Below, piece by piece: positions 9,953-19,663 of a stretch of DNA of 61,779 bases. This DNA comes from a virus (Duplodnaviria > Caudoviricetes). The DNA is taken from the IMG/VR virus record IMGVR_UViG_3300025030_000017, positions 1 to 61,779 of that record. One strand, 5' to 3'. Under the pieces are notes generated by a model. That model did no database searches and had not been told where the DNA came from. It saw only the letters and a program-made list of their open reading frames with translations. Position numbers and translations under genes: made by a program. The stretch's first letter is position 1; each line of letters opens with the position of its first letter.

Positions 9953-10489
9953 ATGGCGCAACCTATTATAAATCTGTATTCTGGCGCTGCTGATTATTCT
10001 GCCACCGATTTCTACAACGGGAACCCTCAAGTTGCGAAACCGGGAGAGTTCGGCACCTTGCCTATTGGTGGGTCAGGGTATAACCCTTTAGTCTATGGTG
10101 GCAAAGCAGCAGACATGGCCGCGCAAGTTACCAGGGCAACCTATGAGGATTGGAAGAACACCTATCTTCCGGTCGCGCTGCAAATGATGAACGAAGAGAC
10201 CGCCTATAACAATCCCGGCCTAGTCTCGAAAGGCGTGACTCAGGCCGTGACCAACGTTAACAAGTCCTTCGATAACGCGGCGGCACAACAGCAGCGCATG
10301 GCTTCTCGCTACGGAGTAGGGATTTCCTCCGAACAGCAGGCGGTGAACGATCGGGTGAACAGCGTCAATCGGTCTACCTCAGTCGTGGACGCAGCGAATA
10401 GAATCAGACAGAGACTTGCCGACCGAGACAGGGCAATCGCGCTAGGCGGTGTACCTAATCTTTCAGGTAAGAACATGGGAGGCCAATAA
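9953..10489 (+). CDS. Internal virion (ejection) protein
   Basis: Ala/Gln/Asn-rich helical; gene order. Confidence 0.55.
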   Translation: MAQPIINLYSGAADYSATDFYNGNPQVAKPGEFGTLPIGGSGYNPLVYGGKAADMAAQVTRATYEDWKNTYLPVALQMMNEETAYNNPGLVSKGVTQAVTNVNKSFDNAAAQQQRMASRYGVGISSEQQAVNDRVNSVNRSTSVVDAANRIRQRLADRDRAIALGGVPNLSGKNMGGQ

Positions 10490-10857
10490 TGGGCGGGATA
10501 CTTGGCACTGGTCAACAGATGCAGGGGCAGGCGATTTCAGGCTTGAGACGGGCGTCTGAAGTCGAGTCGCAGCGAGACGCGGCGAATGACCAGATTGTAG
10601 CCGGCGAAAAAGCACAAAAAGTAGGAGCCATGTCTTCCGGTATAGGTACAGGTGCAATGATAGGCGGCGTAGCCGGTGCTAGTGGAGCGGCTGCCGGTAC
10701 AGGCGCGGGAGTAGCGGCAGGAACGGCGGTTGGTGCAGGGGGTGCGGCATCTGGTGCGGCATCCGGCGCGGCTGCAACTTCTTGGTCTGGTCCTGGAATG
10801 CTTATCGGGGCAGCGGTCGGTGCGATTGCTGGCTACTTACTCAGCGAGGTATTCTAA
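10489..10857 (+). CDS. Gly/Ala-rich internal virion protein
   Basis: Glycine-zipper-like GAAVGAIAG segment. Confidence 0.6.
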   Translation: MGGILGTGQQMQGQAISGLRRASEVESQRDAANDQIVAGEKAQKVGAMSSGIGTGAMIGGVAGASGAAAGTGAGVAAGTAVGAGGAASGAASGAAATSWSGPGMLIGAAVGAIAGYLLSEVF

Positions 10858-10858
10858 A

Positions 10859-12367
10859 ATGTTCGAGCGAGTCAATCCTGTAACCGAAAGCATCAACGCA
10901 TATAAAGCAGTCAATGACATCTTCCGTGGTGATAGGGAAGAACAGAGGGCGATTGCCGAAACCGAGTACAACCGTAACCGTCAGGCAAGACTTGACGAGA
11001 TGAGCGCGGAGAGTCACAAGGCGGTGTTGGAATCGAACGCTCTGGCACAGGAAACGTCACGGCTTCAGTTGAAAAAAGAGAAGGACGCGGCAGAAGCGAA
11101 CAAATGGCAAGCAATCAAGCTCATGGCCCTCAGAAACCCGCAAGGCTGGTATAACGACCTTGACCCTTCTGACTCGGAAAGAATCATCGCAGAGACGAAA
11201 TCTGACCCCAAGTTTGCGTTTCTCCACACGCCGGAAGCGAGACGGACGCAGCTTGCGAAGATTCAGCAGATTTACGCCGCGATGCCGAATCCTGACAAGC
11301 CTCAATTTGACATGCCGAGTCTTCTGGAAGGGATGAATCACGTCTTCGCGTCTCAGCTTGCGAAAGGGACTGACGACAAGGGTGAGCCGGCGAAAAAGGA
11401 GATTGTCAGTTTCACGATGGACCCGCGAGACAAGTCGTTTATTCCGGAACTCAAGATAACAAGGAAAGACGGCAGTTCATATACCGCGCCGATGACCGTT
11501 GACCCTTTGACGGGTGAGCGCAGTTCCTCTCCTGACAGCATCGTGAAGAAGATTACCATTCCGCAGATTGCCGATTACCTTGGCGTAGCGGAAGGGCTTA
11601 TCAATCTGGCTGATGCGAAACAGGTGAGCCTTGGTGATGATGAACCGTTGAAACAAGCTATTACCGATGCCAAGACAGCCAAATCGTTCAAAGCCGTTAA
11701 GGATGCTGCACAAGCATTGCCGGAAGGCCCGTTGCGTGATGCGCTGATAGCGATTGCTCCCGGCGTGGCTTCAGGAGAAATCCCCGGTGCGATTGCCGAT
11801 ACGATGCTCAAGGCAGCAACGAAAACAGAGGAAAAACTTGATTTTAAAGAGGCTGGACATGGGCAAATTATCTGGCTAACAGGCCCGAAGAAGGGCCAAA
11901 AGGAACGTGTCCCGGTCAAGCCTGACAAAGAAGGTTCCGGTGCCGGTTCTAAGATGGGTGAGGCTGAAAAAACCCTCTATAACCAGATGATAAAAGCGTG
12001 GCAGGACATGAAGAAGATCACCAGTTTGCCGGCTGGCTCCAAGACAACCGTCGAAGAGTACGACCCGATCATGCAGACGACGAGGACCAAAGAAGTCACG
12101 GTGCAGAAAGAGACGGTTGATGCTGCAAGGGCTATCTATTACGGTCTTGAGAGACGCGGCATGGAGACGTATGGCTGGAAGCCAGATGCGACGAGTCCGA
12201 ATGCAAAGCAGGGTGCTGTAAAGAAACCCGACGAGTCAAAGGGAACAAAGATTGAAGTGAAGCAGTCGTTTAACGGCGGTGACGTGATTCTTGCGACTGA
12301 CGGGACGTACTACAAGAAGACGAAGAACGGCTATGTCAAGGCTAACGTCAAACAGCGAGGTGCATAA
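10859..12367 (+). CDS. Internal virion (ejection) protein
   Basis: About 500-aa helical protein; ATG at 10859 after GAGG. Confidence 0.6.
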   Translation: MFERVNPVTESINAYKAVNDIFRGDREEQRAIAETEYNRNRQARLDEMSAESHKAVLESNALAQETSRLQLKKEKDAAEANKWQAIKLMALRNPQGWYNDLDPSDSERIIAETKSDPKFAFLHTPEARRTQLAKIQQIYAAMPNPDKPQFDMPSLLEGMNHVFASQLAKGTDDKGEPAKKEIVSFTMDPRDKSFIPELKITRKDGSSYTAPMTVDPLTGERSSSPDSIVKKITIPQIADYLGVAEGLINLADAKQVSLGDDEPLKQAITDAKTAKSFKAVKDAAQALPEGPLRDALIAIAPGVASGEIPGAIADTMLKAATKTEEKLDFKEAGHGQIIWLTGPKKGQKERVPVKPDKEGSGAGSKMGEAEKTLYNQMIKAWQDMKKITSLPAGSKTTVEEYDPIMQTTRTKEVTVQKETVDAARAIYYGLERRGMETYGWKPDATSPNAKQGAVKKPDESKGTKIEVKQSFNGGDVILATDGTYYKKTKNGYVKANVKQRGA

Positions 12368-15300
12368 TGGCTGAACCGGTCATCTATTTGGATGAACTGC
12401 AAGACGATACTCCTGTTATTGACGTGGGGAGTTTGAAGCCGGATACGTCTACAGCCAAGGTTGAAAAGCCGAAGCGTTCTCTTGTCGGGGAATTTGGTGC
12501 CGGCCTTGCCCAAGGCGCGCTGCAACTGCCGCAGATGGTGGGGGGAGCTACCAAGCTGGCTGGCGATGCGATAGGTAGTGAAACGGTCAGCGCCTTGGGG
12601 AAAGACGCCATCAACTATTGGGGCAACAAACTGAAGCCCTATGAAGCGGAAGTGCCGTCATTTACCGATGTTGAAGATGCGGGAGACGCGGCGAAATACG
12701 TTGCTCATGGCGTCGGTGCGCTCGTCCCGACTGTCGCTGCGTCGGTCGTTTCAGGTGGTATCGGTGCCGGCCTTGCCAAAGAAGGCGTCAAACGCGCCAT
12801 AGCCAAGGAGATTGTCAAGCGCGAACTCAAGCACGAAGCCGTTGATCTCATGGCGAAAGGTGCCGTCAAGGAAACGGTGAAGAAAGCCGTTACCAGGGGG
12901 GCGATTGCGGGGGCCGGCGCTGCGAGTTACGGGATGGAAGCAGGAAGTATCTACACCGATCAAACTGAACAGGGCATCGAGAAACCTTTTAAGGCGGCGT
13001 TGACGGCGGTTCCTGCGGCGGCACTCGATGTCATCCCTGAGTTAAGAATCCTGTCGAAGATTCCTGCGTTCAAGGTCTTACAGGAGATCCCCTTCTTCAA
13101 GACTGCCGAAGGGCGTAATGCCCTTGTCAGAGGGGGGAAGGAAGCTCTCAAGCAAGGCGGGGCGGAAGGCGTTACCGAATTTGCTCAGACGCTTATCGAA
13201 CGGTACGGTGCCGACAAGGAAGCGTTCTCGAAAGAAGGTCTGTTGGAAGCGGCGAACGCTGGCATCCTTGGGGGCATTGGTGGCGGCATGATGGGTGGCG
13301 TTGCTGGTTCAGTGCAGAAACCGGCGACTGATACGAATCTGCTCAAAGAGGACTCCAAAGAAACCAGCGACATCGCTCAAGAGATCCTGCGGGTCAGAAA
13401 TCAGCCTCTTCCAGAACAAGCGCCTCCTGTCGCACAGCCTGAAGCCTACGATGGTCCGGTAATGGATGCCGAAGCACCGACTCCCGAAGACCTGGAGCTT
13501 CAGTCGATGCAACGCGAGAACGAGAACTACCGTCAGCAGCAGTTGATGGACAAACAGGACATCCCGACTGTGGAAGAGAAGCCCGTCCCGCAAGTCCCTT
13601 CGTCATTCAAGACGGTAGACGGCAAAGTGACGGTGAAGACCAAAGCTGTCGGTGAAGGCGTTTTTCAGGTCGAGACAACGAACATTGACGAGTACGGTCA
13701 CAAGAAGACGTTTGTTCAAGAGATGAACGCGGAAGATGCGGTCAAGCATATCGACAATGTAACGCCTCCCGTAACAAGGGATCAATATCTTCAGGTCAAA
13801 GGAGCGAATAATGAAGCAATGTCCGAAATGCAAACATCAAATGCTGAAGGCGACCAAAGTCTGCCCACGTTGCAAAACGAAGGTAGCGTAAATGATAGTC
13901 CAGAAACCGGAGGGGTGGTACGTCCAGTCGGAGAAGGGGCGCAACCTGGGGGGGCCGTATCAGACACAGCAACAAGCGCACTCCCGACAGGCGAAGGTGG
14001 AGGAATGTTGCCTGAGGGATCGACCGTCGAAACCGCGTCCTCCAAAGAAAGTAAAGCAAGTGATGAAACGTCCAAAACGGCTCCCAAAGTAGTCATCAAG
14101 TCTTTGTCTGACCTTCCCACTGGGCAACATGAGATAAAGGGTGCAGGGACGTTCCTCGTTGACGACAAGGGAAAAGTGAAGATCCTTCGCGGGACGAAAC
14201 TTGAGTCAGTCGATCCGATGCGTCGAAAGCTGGCAATCGACAAGTACAACGGGATGGTTCTTGCGGAGAAGCAGAAGGCAAATCTTGAAGCCCTGAAAGT
14301 CGGTAAGACGAAACAGAAAGCGATGGCAGAGGAAGCGCGGGGCATTGCTGAAGACGACGCTCCTTTCCTTCGTGCCGCTCTTCAGAACGTCAAGGATGCC
14401 GACTTTGGCAAAATTAGCGTCGATGGCAACCAAGCTGAAGCCACCTGGTCAACCTTTGGCGCGTTGATTCCGTATATCAGAGGGACGGGTTTCAACAAGG
14501 CCGATGCAGTGAAGATCATGGCGGAAGCGGTCAATACGGGTAAACTGCCTCCTGAGAAGAATAAAGCAGAGAGAAGTTTGGTAGAGTCTGCCCTGAAGCA
14601 TGAAAAGGAACGCATCGAGGAAGCGGAGAATCGCGTTGAGACGGAGGACGAGAGGCTTGTTCAGCAAGAGTTAGCAGAAGAAAGAGACACGGTAGAGGGC
14701 GGGGATACGAGTTTTGAGTTTGGGGAAGAACCTGAGTCTTCAGTTCTGATGGAAGGCGACCAACCCAAACTCTTCCCCACTCCCCCGACCTTTGGCAAGA
14801 AGCCGCAAGGGACAGGAACCGTCTCTGAAACGCCGATGCTCACGGAAATGAAGGAGCGGGAAGCGGAGTCGAAGCAGACTTCAATGACGCTTGACATGCT
14901 TGGGATGCAGCAGATTTACGAGTCCTTGACCGATGGAGCGATAAAGGCACACGCTGCAACCGCTTTGGATAAAGTGCATCGGATGCTTGAGAACCCCGGT
15001 GGCCTTGGTTCAATGGAACGGGGCAAGGAATACCTGCAACTGAAATATCTCTTAAGTGGCACTTTTGACAGGTTACAGGAAGTTCAAAGAAATCTGTACC
15101 AAGACTTTCGCAAGGCATCTAAGGAAACGAAGGAAAAGATTTTTGAGTTCATGGAAGACGCGCAAGCCGACCCATTGACGATTCCCGTCGAATACCGGCA
15201 GAAAGCAATCAACGCGAAAACAATGATTATGGAGGTTGGGGCTAAACTGGTTGCTCGTAAAATGCTGCCGGCTGAAATCTACGAAGAGAACAAGGGCCGG

Positions 15301-17814
15301 TATCTCCCGCGTGTTTACTTAAAGCATATCCTTGGTGAAGACGGACGGGCGATGGTGATGAACGGTTCTGGCATCAAGGCGTATCTCGGTTATCTGAAAA
15401 AGCGCCTCGAAATGACTCCTGAACAGAGACTCGCCTTGGGTCAGATTAAAGACCCTGGCTATCTCATTTCCCGCGCCTTTGGTGTGCCGATGCGTGATAT
15501 GGAAATCTTTGACTTCTTCGATGAGATGATTACGAATGACGAGGGCGAGGCTGCCTGGGTTTTGCCTGAATCAGCGACTCCGTGGACTGTAGACGGAGGC
15601 AAGGCGATACAGCAGGTTGGCAACGTGACCTACACCAAAAACGATGACGGCACGTATAACCTGACTATCAAGAAAGTATCTCACGTCCAAACGAAGAACA
15701 AGGCTATTCCCGCCTCCGACCTGAATCTTCTGTTGGGAAGCGACAAACTTGCTGACTACATCAAAGCCGGGAAGGGTAAGCAAGTAATGCGGAAGGACGG
15801 CGACGTTTACAAACCTACTCCCTGGAAACGGGTCGGGCATATCCAGTACCGCCTTAATCCTGACGGGACGTATAACGTCAATCTTACCAATAAGGTTGCC
15901 AGCGAAACAAAAGTTGATAACGTCAAAAATCTTGAAGACCATATCAGTGAGTACAAAGCGGAACGAATCACGGAGGGCAAAGGGAAAGTAGTCAATGGCC
16001 GCATGGTGACTCCTTATTGGTTGTCTGCCGAAGCCGACCGTATTCTTACCAAACAAATTCCTAACATGGCTGAACCGGACAGGTCGAAGGCTATTGAGAT
16101 TGCCAAAAGGATGCAGGACACGGCAGCAAAGATGATGGAGGGGCTTAACAAGACCCCTGAAGAAGTAGCCAAACATTTCCAAGCAATGCCGGATTCCCCG
16201 AAATATGGAGCGTTGAGAGGGCTGTGGGTACGCAGGGAAATCTATAACGATCTTGTCGGTAACATGAAGATCACCGTTGGCGAAAGATCGTGGCCTGAAT
16301 TTCTCTTGGATTACATGATGAATAAGGGTACATCGCTATGGAAATGGGTACATGTCGCGGCGAACCCTCCGACGCAGGTGGTCAACTTTATCTCCAACGG
16401 GTTTCTTTTGCATATCTCTGGCGTGCCTATGGCGATGGTGCCGTACCGTATAACTCAAGCCATAAGCGAGATGCTGGTAGGCAGTCCGAATTGGCAAAAG
16501 CTCAAAACAAAGATAGGCCCGGTGGCTGCGGCACGAGTGGAAAAGTTTGCCAAGGGCGGGAAACATTGGAAGATTGCAAAAGAAGGTGGGGTCAAGTCGG
16601 CAGGTATGGCAAACGTAGAACTGTACCGCGTTGAACAGGACATGCTCGACCTTATCGCCCTTGATAAGCCGTGGTGGCATCCGAAAGTCATGCTGAAGAT
16701 TGGCGGCAAAATCATGAATGCGACGGGTGACGTTTATCAGATGTGGGAGTCTATCGGTAAAACGGCGAAGATCATTCATGAAAAAGAAACTCCCCGGTGG
16801 CGCGAAAAGGATGGCAGCGTCAAGCCGTATGCCTTTGCTAGGGACAAAGGTAGTTCGACCTATCGGAAAGCTACCGATAACGAAGCAATCGTGGCGGCTC
16901 ACGATGCACTCTTTGATTATTCGCTGGCTCCAGGATGGGTGAAGTTTATCAGAAAGTTTCCGTTAGGGACTCCGTTTGTAACCTTTACTTACAAGGTTCT
17001 TCCCGCGACTATCAAGGCAGCGGCTCTTACACCGTGGGTCTTTACTCCGTATCTCGCTATTCATTACGGTCTTCCCTACGCGATCATGGCGATGACGGGT
17101 ATAGATGACAAAGACGATTACGACAAGCTGATGCAGACCATCTTTAAATTTGTCCGAGAGAAATCTCACGTCTACCTCTGGCCGGTTAAGGATGCTAAGG
17201 GCAGATGGCAAGCATTCGACCTTGGCAGATATATTCCCTGGGCGCAATGGATGGCCTTTCAGGATCATGTCAGAAAAAGAGAAATCGTAACCGCCTTCGC
17301 CGATGATCTTGGAGTGGGTAGTGGCCCTGCGATGGATCTTGTAGACTTGGCAAAAAACCAAGACTCTTTTACCAAACAACCGATATACGATGTGAACGCA
17401 GACTTCAACGAACAAGCTGGACAAGTGATGATGTACCTAACTCAGATGGCCACTCCCCCCTGGCTGACGAATAGAGGGTGGGCCGGCAAACTTTATTCAG
17501 CGATGAATAACGAGATTGGCAAACCTGGTGAACAAAAGCCTACTGTGGCACAAGCTAATCTGAGGCTTATCGGGGCGAATTTCTATCAGTTCGACCCTGA
17601 AATGTCGAGAGCACAAAACATTAACCAGATGGACTATGCAATTGCAGAGGTCAGGCAACAGAAAAATAGCGCTTTAAAGGACAGGGATTTAACTGACGCA
17701 GATAGAAAAGAAGTGACCTTAAAATACGATACGATAATCCAGAAAATGAACCTCAAGAAGATGAAGTACGCCGCCAACTCGATGCCGAAAGATCAGTCAT
17801 TACTACAACGCTAA
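12367..17814 (+). CDS. Giant internal virion / DNA ejection protein (large polyvalent-protein-like)
   Basis: 1815 aa; Gly/Ala hydrophobic N-terminus with EGVTEFAQT motif, C-terminal LFDY...PFVTF motif; last large gene of the virion operon. Confidence 0.75.
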   Translation: MAEPVIYLDELQDDTPVIDVGSLKPDTSTAKVEKPKRSLVGEFGAGLAQGALQLPQMVGGATKLAGDAIGSETVSALGKDAINYWGNKLKPYEAEVPSFTDVEDAGDAAKYVAHGVGALVPTVAASVVSGGIGAGLAKEGVKRAIAKEIVKRELKHEAVDLMAKGAVKETVKKAVTRGAIAGAGAASYGMEAGSIYTDQTEQGIEKPFKAALTAVPAAALDVIPELRILSKIPAFKVLQEIPFFKTAEGRNALVRGGKEALKQGGAEGVTEFAQTLIERYGADKEAFSKEGLLEAANAGILGGIGGGMMGGVAGSVQKPATDTNLLKEDSKETSDIAQEILRVRNQPLPEQAPPVAQPEAYDGPVMDAEAPTPEDLELQSMQRENENYRQQQLMDKQDIPTVEEKPVPQVPSSFKTVDGKVTVKTKAVGEGVFQVETTNIDEYGHKKTFVQEMNAEDAVKHIDNVTPPVTRDQYLQVKGANNEAMSEMQTSNAEGDQSLPTLQNEGSVNDSPETGGVVRPVGEGAQPGGAVSDTATSALPTGEGGGMLPEGSTVETASSKESKASDETSKTAPKVVIKSLSDLPTGQHEIKGAGTFLVDDKGKVKILRGTKLESVDPMRRKLAIDKYNGMVLAEKQKANLEALKVGKTKQKAMAEEARGIAEDDAPFLRAALQNVKDADFGKISVDGNQAEATWSTFGALIPYIRGTGFNKADAVKIMAEAVNTGKLPPEKNKAERSLVESALKHEKERIEEAENRVETEDERLVQQELAEERDTVEGGDTSFEFGEEPESSVLMEGDQPKLFPTPPTFGKKPQGTGTVSETPMLTEMKEREAESKQTSMTLDMLGMQQIYESLTDGAIKAHAATALDKVHRMLENPGGLGSMERGKEYLQLKYLLSGTFDRLQEVQRNLYQDFRKASKETKEKIFEFMEDAQADPLTIPVEYRQKAINAKTMIMEVGAKLVARKMLPAEIYEENKGRYLPRVYLKHILGEDGRAMVMNGSGIKAYLGYLKKRLEMTPEQRLALGQIKDPGYLISRAFGVPMRDMEIFDFFDEMITNDEGEAAWVLPESATPWTVDGGKAIQQVGNVTYTKNDDGTYNLTIKKVSHVQTKNKAIPASDLNLLLGSDKLADYIKAGKGKQVMRKDGDVYKPTPWKRVGHIQYRLNPDGTYNVNLTNKVASETKVDNVKNLEDHISEYKAERITEGKGKVVNGRMVTPYWLSAEADRILTKQIPNMAEPDRSKAIEIAKRMQDTAAKMMEGLNKTPEEVAKHFQAMPDSPKYGALRGLWVRREIYNDLVGNMKITVGERSWPEFLLDYMMNKGTSLWKWVHVAANPPTQVVNFISNGFLLHISGVPMAMVPYRITQAISEMLVGSPNWQKLKTKIGPVAAARVEKFAKGGKHWKIAKEGGVKSAGMANVELYRVEQDMLDLIALDKPWWHPKVMLKIGGKIMNATGDVYQMWESIGKTAKIIHEKETPRWREKDGSVKPYAFARDKGSSTYRKATDNEAIVAAHDALFDYSLAPGWVKFIRKFPLGTPFVTFTYKVLPATIKAAALTPWVFTPYLAIHYGLPYAIMAMTGIDDKDDYDKLMQTIFKFVREKSHVYLWPVKDAKGRWQAFDLGRYIPWAQWMAFQDHVRKREIVTAFADDLGVGSGPAMDLVDLAKNQDSFTKQPIYDVNADFNEQAGQVMMYLTQMATPPWLTNRGWAGKLYSAMNNEIGKPGEQKPTVAQANLRLIGANFYQFDPEMSRAQNINQMDYAIAEVRQQKNSALKDRDLTDADRKEVTLKYDTIIQKMNLKKMKYAANSMPKDQSLLQR
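13811..13891 (+). CDS. Nested 26-aa zinc-ribbon peptide in the +1 frame of the giant gene
   Basis: GGAG at 13801, MKQCPKCKHQMLKATKVCPRCKTKVA* with two CxxC. Confidence 0.5.
   Translation: MKQCPKCKHQMLKATKVCPRCKTKVA
13892..14092 (+). CDS. Nested small basic protein in the +1 frame of the giant gene
   Basis: Starts immediately after the TAA of the previous nested ORF; MIVQKPEGWYVQSEKGRNLGGPY resembles a small stand-alone phage protein family (from recall). Confidence 0.5.
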   Translation: MIVQKPEGWYVQSEKGRNLGGPYQTQQQAHSRQAKVEECCLRDRPSKPRPPKKVKQVMKRPKRLPK

Positions 17815-17825
17815 AGGAGAGTCTT

Positions 17826-18224
17826 ATGAAGAAGCTGCTCATTGTATTCGCACTGTTGTTCGCTGTGGAGGCTTATGCAACCGGACTATCCAAGGTGAGT
17901 TTCCAACCGTATTCATCGGCTACGCAAGTGACCTGTGTGGTCTATGGGATGGAGAAGTTACTGTTCACCGATCAGAACGGTTCGCATCCGTCACAGTCGT
18001 TTGTGCTTGACCCTGATTTCAGAAGGTCGTTGAATTTGGGAACGAAGACGATGGCTAATTACTCGACAACGCTTGGCGGGAAGAAGGTCAGGTACATCAA
18101 ATATACCTGTACGCAGACGGGAACGAATACGACTGTATCGGTAAAGCTCGGAGTGAACGGGTCAACCGCAATTCCTCTGACGCTGGATCAGGCGACGTTT
18201 GCGCTGAAAGAATCGGCTAATTAA
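17826..18224 (+). CDS. Secreted hypothetical protein
   Basis: AGGAG RBS; signal peptide MKKLLIVFALLFAVEAYA. Confidence 0.7.
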   Translation: MKKLLIVFALLFAVEAYATGLSKVSFQPYSSATQVTCVVYGMEKLLFTDQNGSHPSQSFVLDPDFRRSLNLGTKTMANYSTTLGGKKVRYIKYTCTQTGTNTTVSVKLGVNGSTAIPLTLDQATFALKESAN

Positions 18225-18255
18225 AGTTACTGGCGTTCCCTCCTTCGCCGGGATT

Positions 18256-18286
18256 GGCCGCTCTGCAAAGGGCGGCTCTTTTTTTT
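18256..18286 (+). terminator. Intrinsic terminator ending the virion operon
   Basis: GGCCGCTCT-GCAA-AGGGCGGCT stem followed by T8. Confidence 0.85.
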
Positions 18287-18289
18287 GAG

Positions 18290-18640
18290 ACGACTATACC
18301 CCTTTTATCTCCTGATAACCCTAACGGGTGCTCCGTTTACATGCCAACAACACACTCGGGAGCAGAAGATTACTCGGTTAGCCCTTACCTCGGCGTACTT
18401 TAAACGCGTTTGCCGGTTATCTCCCAACCCTTGACCCGGTTGGCATCTTCACAGTGTTTTGTTGGGCGCGTTCTGTAAAGACTCTTCAGGTTCCGCTTTC
18501 GCGGCATTAGTTACCGGTCGTCAAGGGGTAGACGTTGCCGGATTTATTTACGCGGTCAGGGTCGCCACGCTCGACGGTATCTCCTTCTGAGGGAGTGTCC
18601 TGTCTATTTTTGCCGTGGCCCGTACAGGCGGGGCCGCATA
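18290..18640 (-). ncRNA. Candidate structured non-coding RNA
   Basis: 350 bp with no ORF of 60 aa or more; CCGC-GAAA-GCGG hairpin, CCCTTGAC/GTCAAGGG and other stems on the minus strand. Confidence 0.35.
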
Positions 18641-18643
18641 ATG

Positions 18644-18904
18644 TTAGATTTTCGCTTCTTGTTTGACGATATAAGTATTGTCACGAACAAAGCCATGTAC
18701 GGGTTTATTCCCTATTGCGGTAGTGGTTACCGGAGTTAGCGGTAGTAAATCTTTTACTATGAGGCAATAGGTCTCAAAATCTATACCGTACCGTTCACTC
18801 AATATGCTGTCTGTTTCGCTATTATTTATGATTTCTTCAGTTTCTTCTTCTGATTTCCCACAGGCCGCGCAAGCTAATTCCTCTATATCCCATTCGATGC
18901 TCAT
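18644..18904 (-). CDS. Hypothetical protein
   Basis: 86-aa acidic ORF downstream of a structured leader. Confidence 0.7.
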   Translation of the reverse strand: MSIEWDIEELACAACGKSEEETEEIINNSETDSILSERYGIDFETYCLIVKDLLPLTPVTTTAIGNKPVHGFVRDNTYIVKQEAKI

Positions 18905-18944
18905 AAATAGCCTTTCTGCACCTTATAGGTGCGCAATGCAAACG

Positions 18945-19109
18945 CAAAAACCCCGGCTTCCTTTTGATTTGCGAGATCGTTTGGGCCGGGGTTCTTGGTA
19001 CTGCACTGATTGTATGAAATGATACCGTTGTCGGTGGGTTAAGTCAAATTTCCTGCTACCAAACGATCTCGCGGAAACAGATATACCACCGATAATGAGA
19101 ACACTGCAA
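18945..19109 (-). promoter_or_regulatory. Sigma70-type promoter plus attenuator-like structured leader
   Basis: TTGCAG-18-TATATC with TG extension; 14-nt segment 19059-19072 complementary to the loop (18971-18984) of hairpin 18949-18993, which has a U-tail. Confidence 0.55.
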
Positions 19110-19118
19110 GCAAAAAGT

Positions 19119-19292
19119 TTACTTTGCCTTCAGCGCCGTCACTTCATTCCGCGCTTCCTGGGCAAGCGTCTTGACTTTCATCAGGGCGAGTCTCAGTCTG
19201 GTCCCTGCTGCGTTGTTCTTCTTGTCGTAAAACTTTACAGCGTCATCATCTGCGGCGGCGATTGCTTCCTTGAGTTCCTGGAACTTGTTCAT
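19119..19292 (-). CDS. Histone H1-like (Hc1/HctA N-terminal-type) small protein, 57 aa
   Basis: MNKFQELKEAIAAADDDAVKFYDKKNNAAGTRLRLALMKVKTLAQEARNEV; FYxKxNxAAGTRxR signature; GGAGG RBS. Confidence 0.75.
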   Translation of the reverse strand: MNKFQELKEAIAAADDDAVKFYDKKNNAAGTRLRLALMKVKTLAQEARNEVTALKAK

Positions 19293-19310
19293 GTGCTTCC
19301 TCCTTGGTTG

Positions 19311-19457
19311 TCAGATGTTTTTGTTGTTGCGTTGGACTGCGGAGACGTGGGCCAGATTTAATGCAGCTTGGGTAAATTTGAGCGCTTCATCTGGCTTCAC
19401 ATCGCTTTTGATCTTTTCTGCCAACAGTTTAATTGCGTCTTCGATTGCTTTTTCCAT
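19311..19457 (-). CDS. Small hypothetical protein, 48 aa
   Basis: GGAGGT RBS; MEKAIEDAIKLLAEKI...ALKFTQAALNLAH. Confidence 0.65.
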   Translation of the reverse strand: MEKAIEDAIKLLAEKIKSDVKPDEALKFTQAALNLAHVSAVQRNNKNI

Positions 19458-19495
19458 GGGTTTTACCTCCTTGGTTGGTGTGCTGCTTAAAAGTG

Positions 19496-19663
19496 TTATC
19501 CTGCGTGGTTGTGGTAGGCATCTATCCAGTCTGAATACCCTCGTTCAACCGCTGCATGATTCGCGTAAAAAATAATAGTGTCCTGGTTGCTGGCTCCATC
19601 ACAGGGCCAAGGGTCGCAGCACATCAGCAAGTCCAAAAAAGCCCTAAATTCCATTGCGTCCAT
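19496..19663 (-). CDS. Small hypothetical protein, 55 aa
   Basis: MDAMEFRAFLDLLMCCDPWP...YSDWIDAYH; TAATG coupling to ruvC. Confidence 0.6.
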   Translation of the reverse strand: MDAMEFRAFLDLLMCCDPWPCDGASNQDTIIFYANHAAVERGYSDWIDAYHNHAG

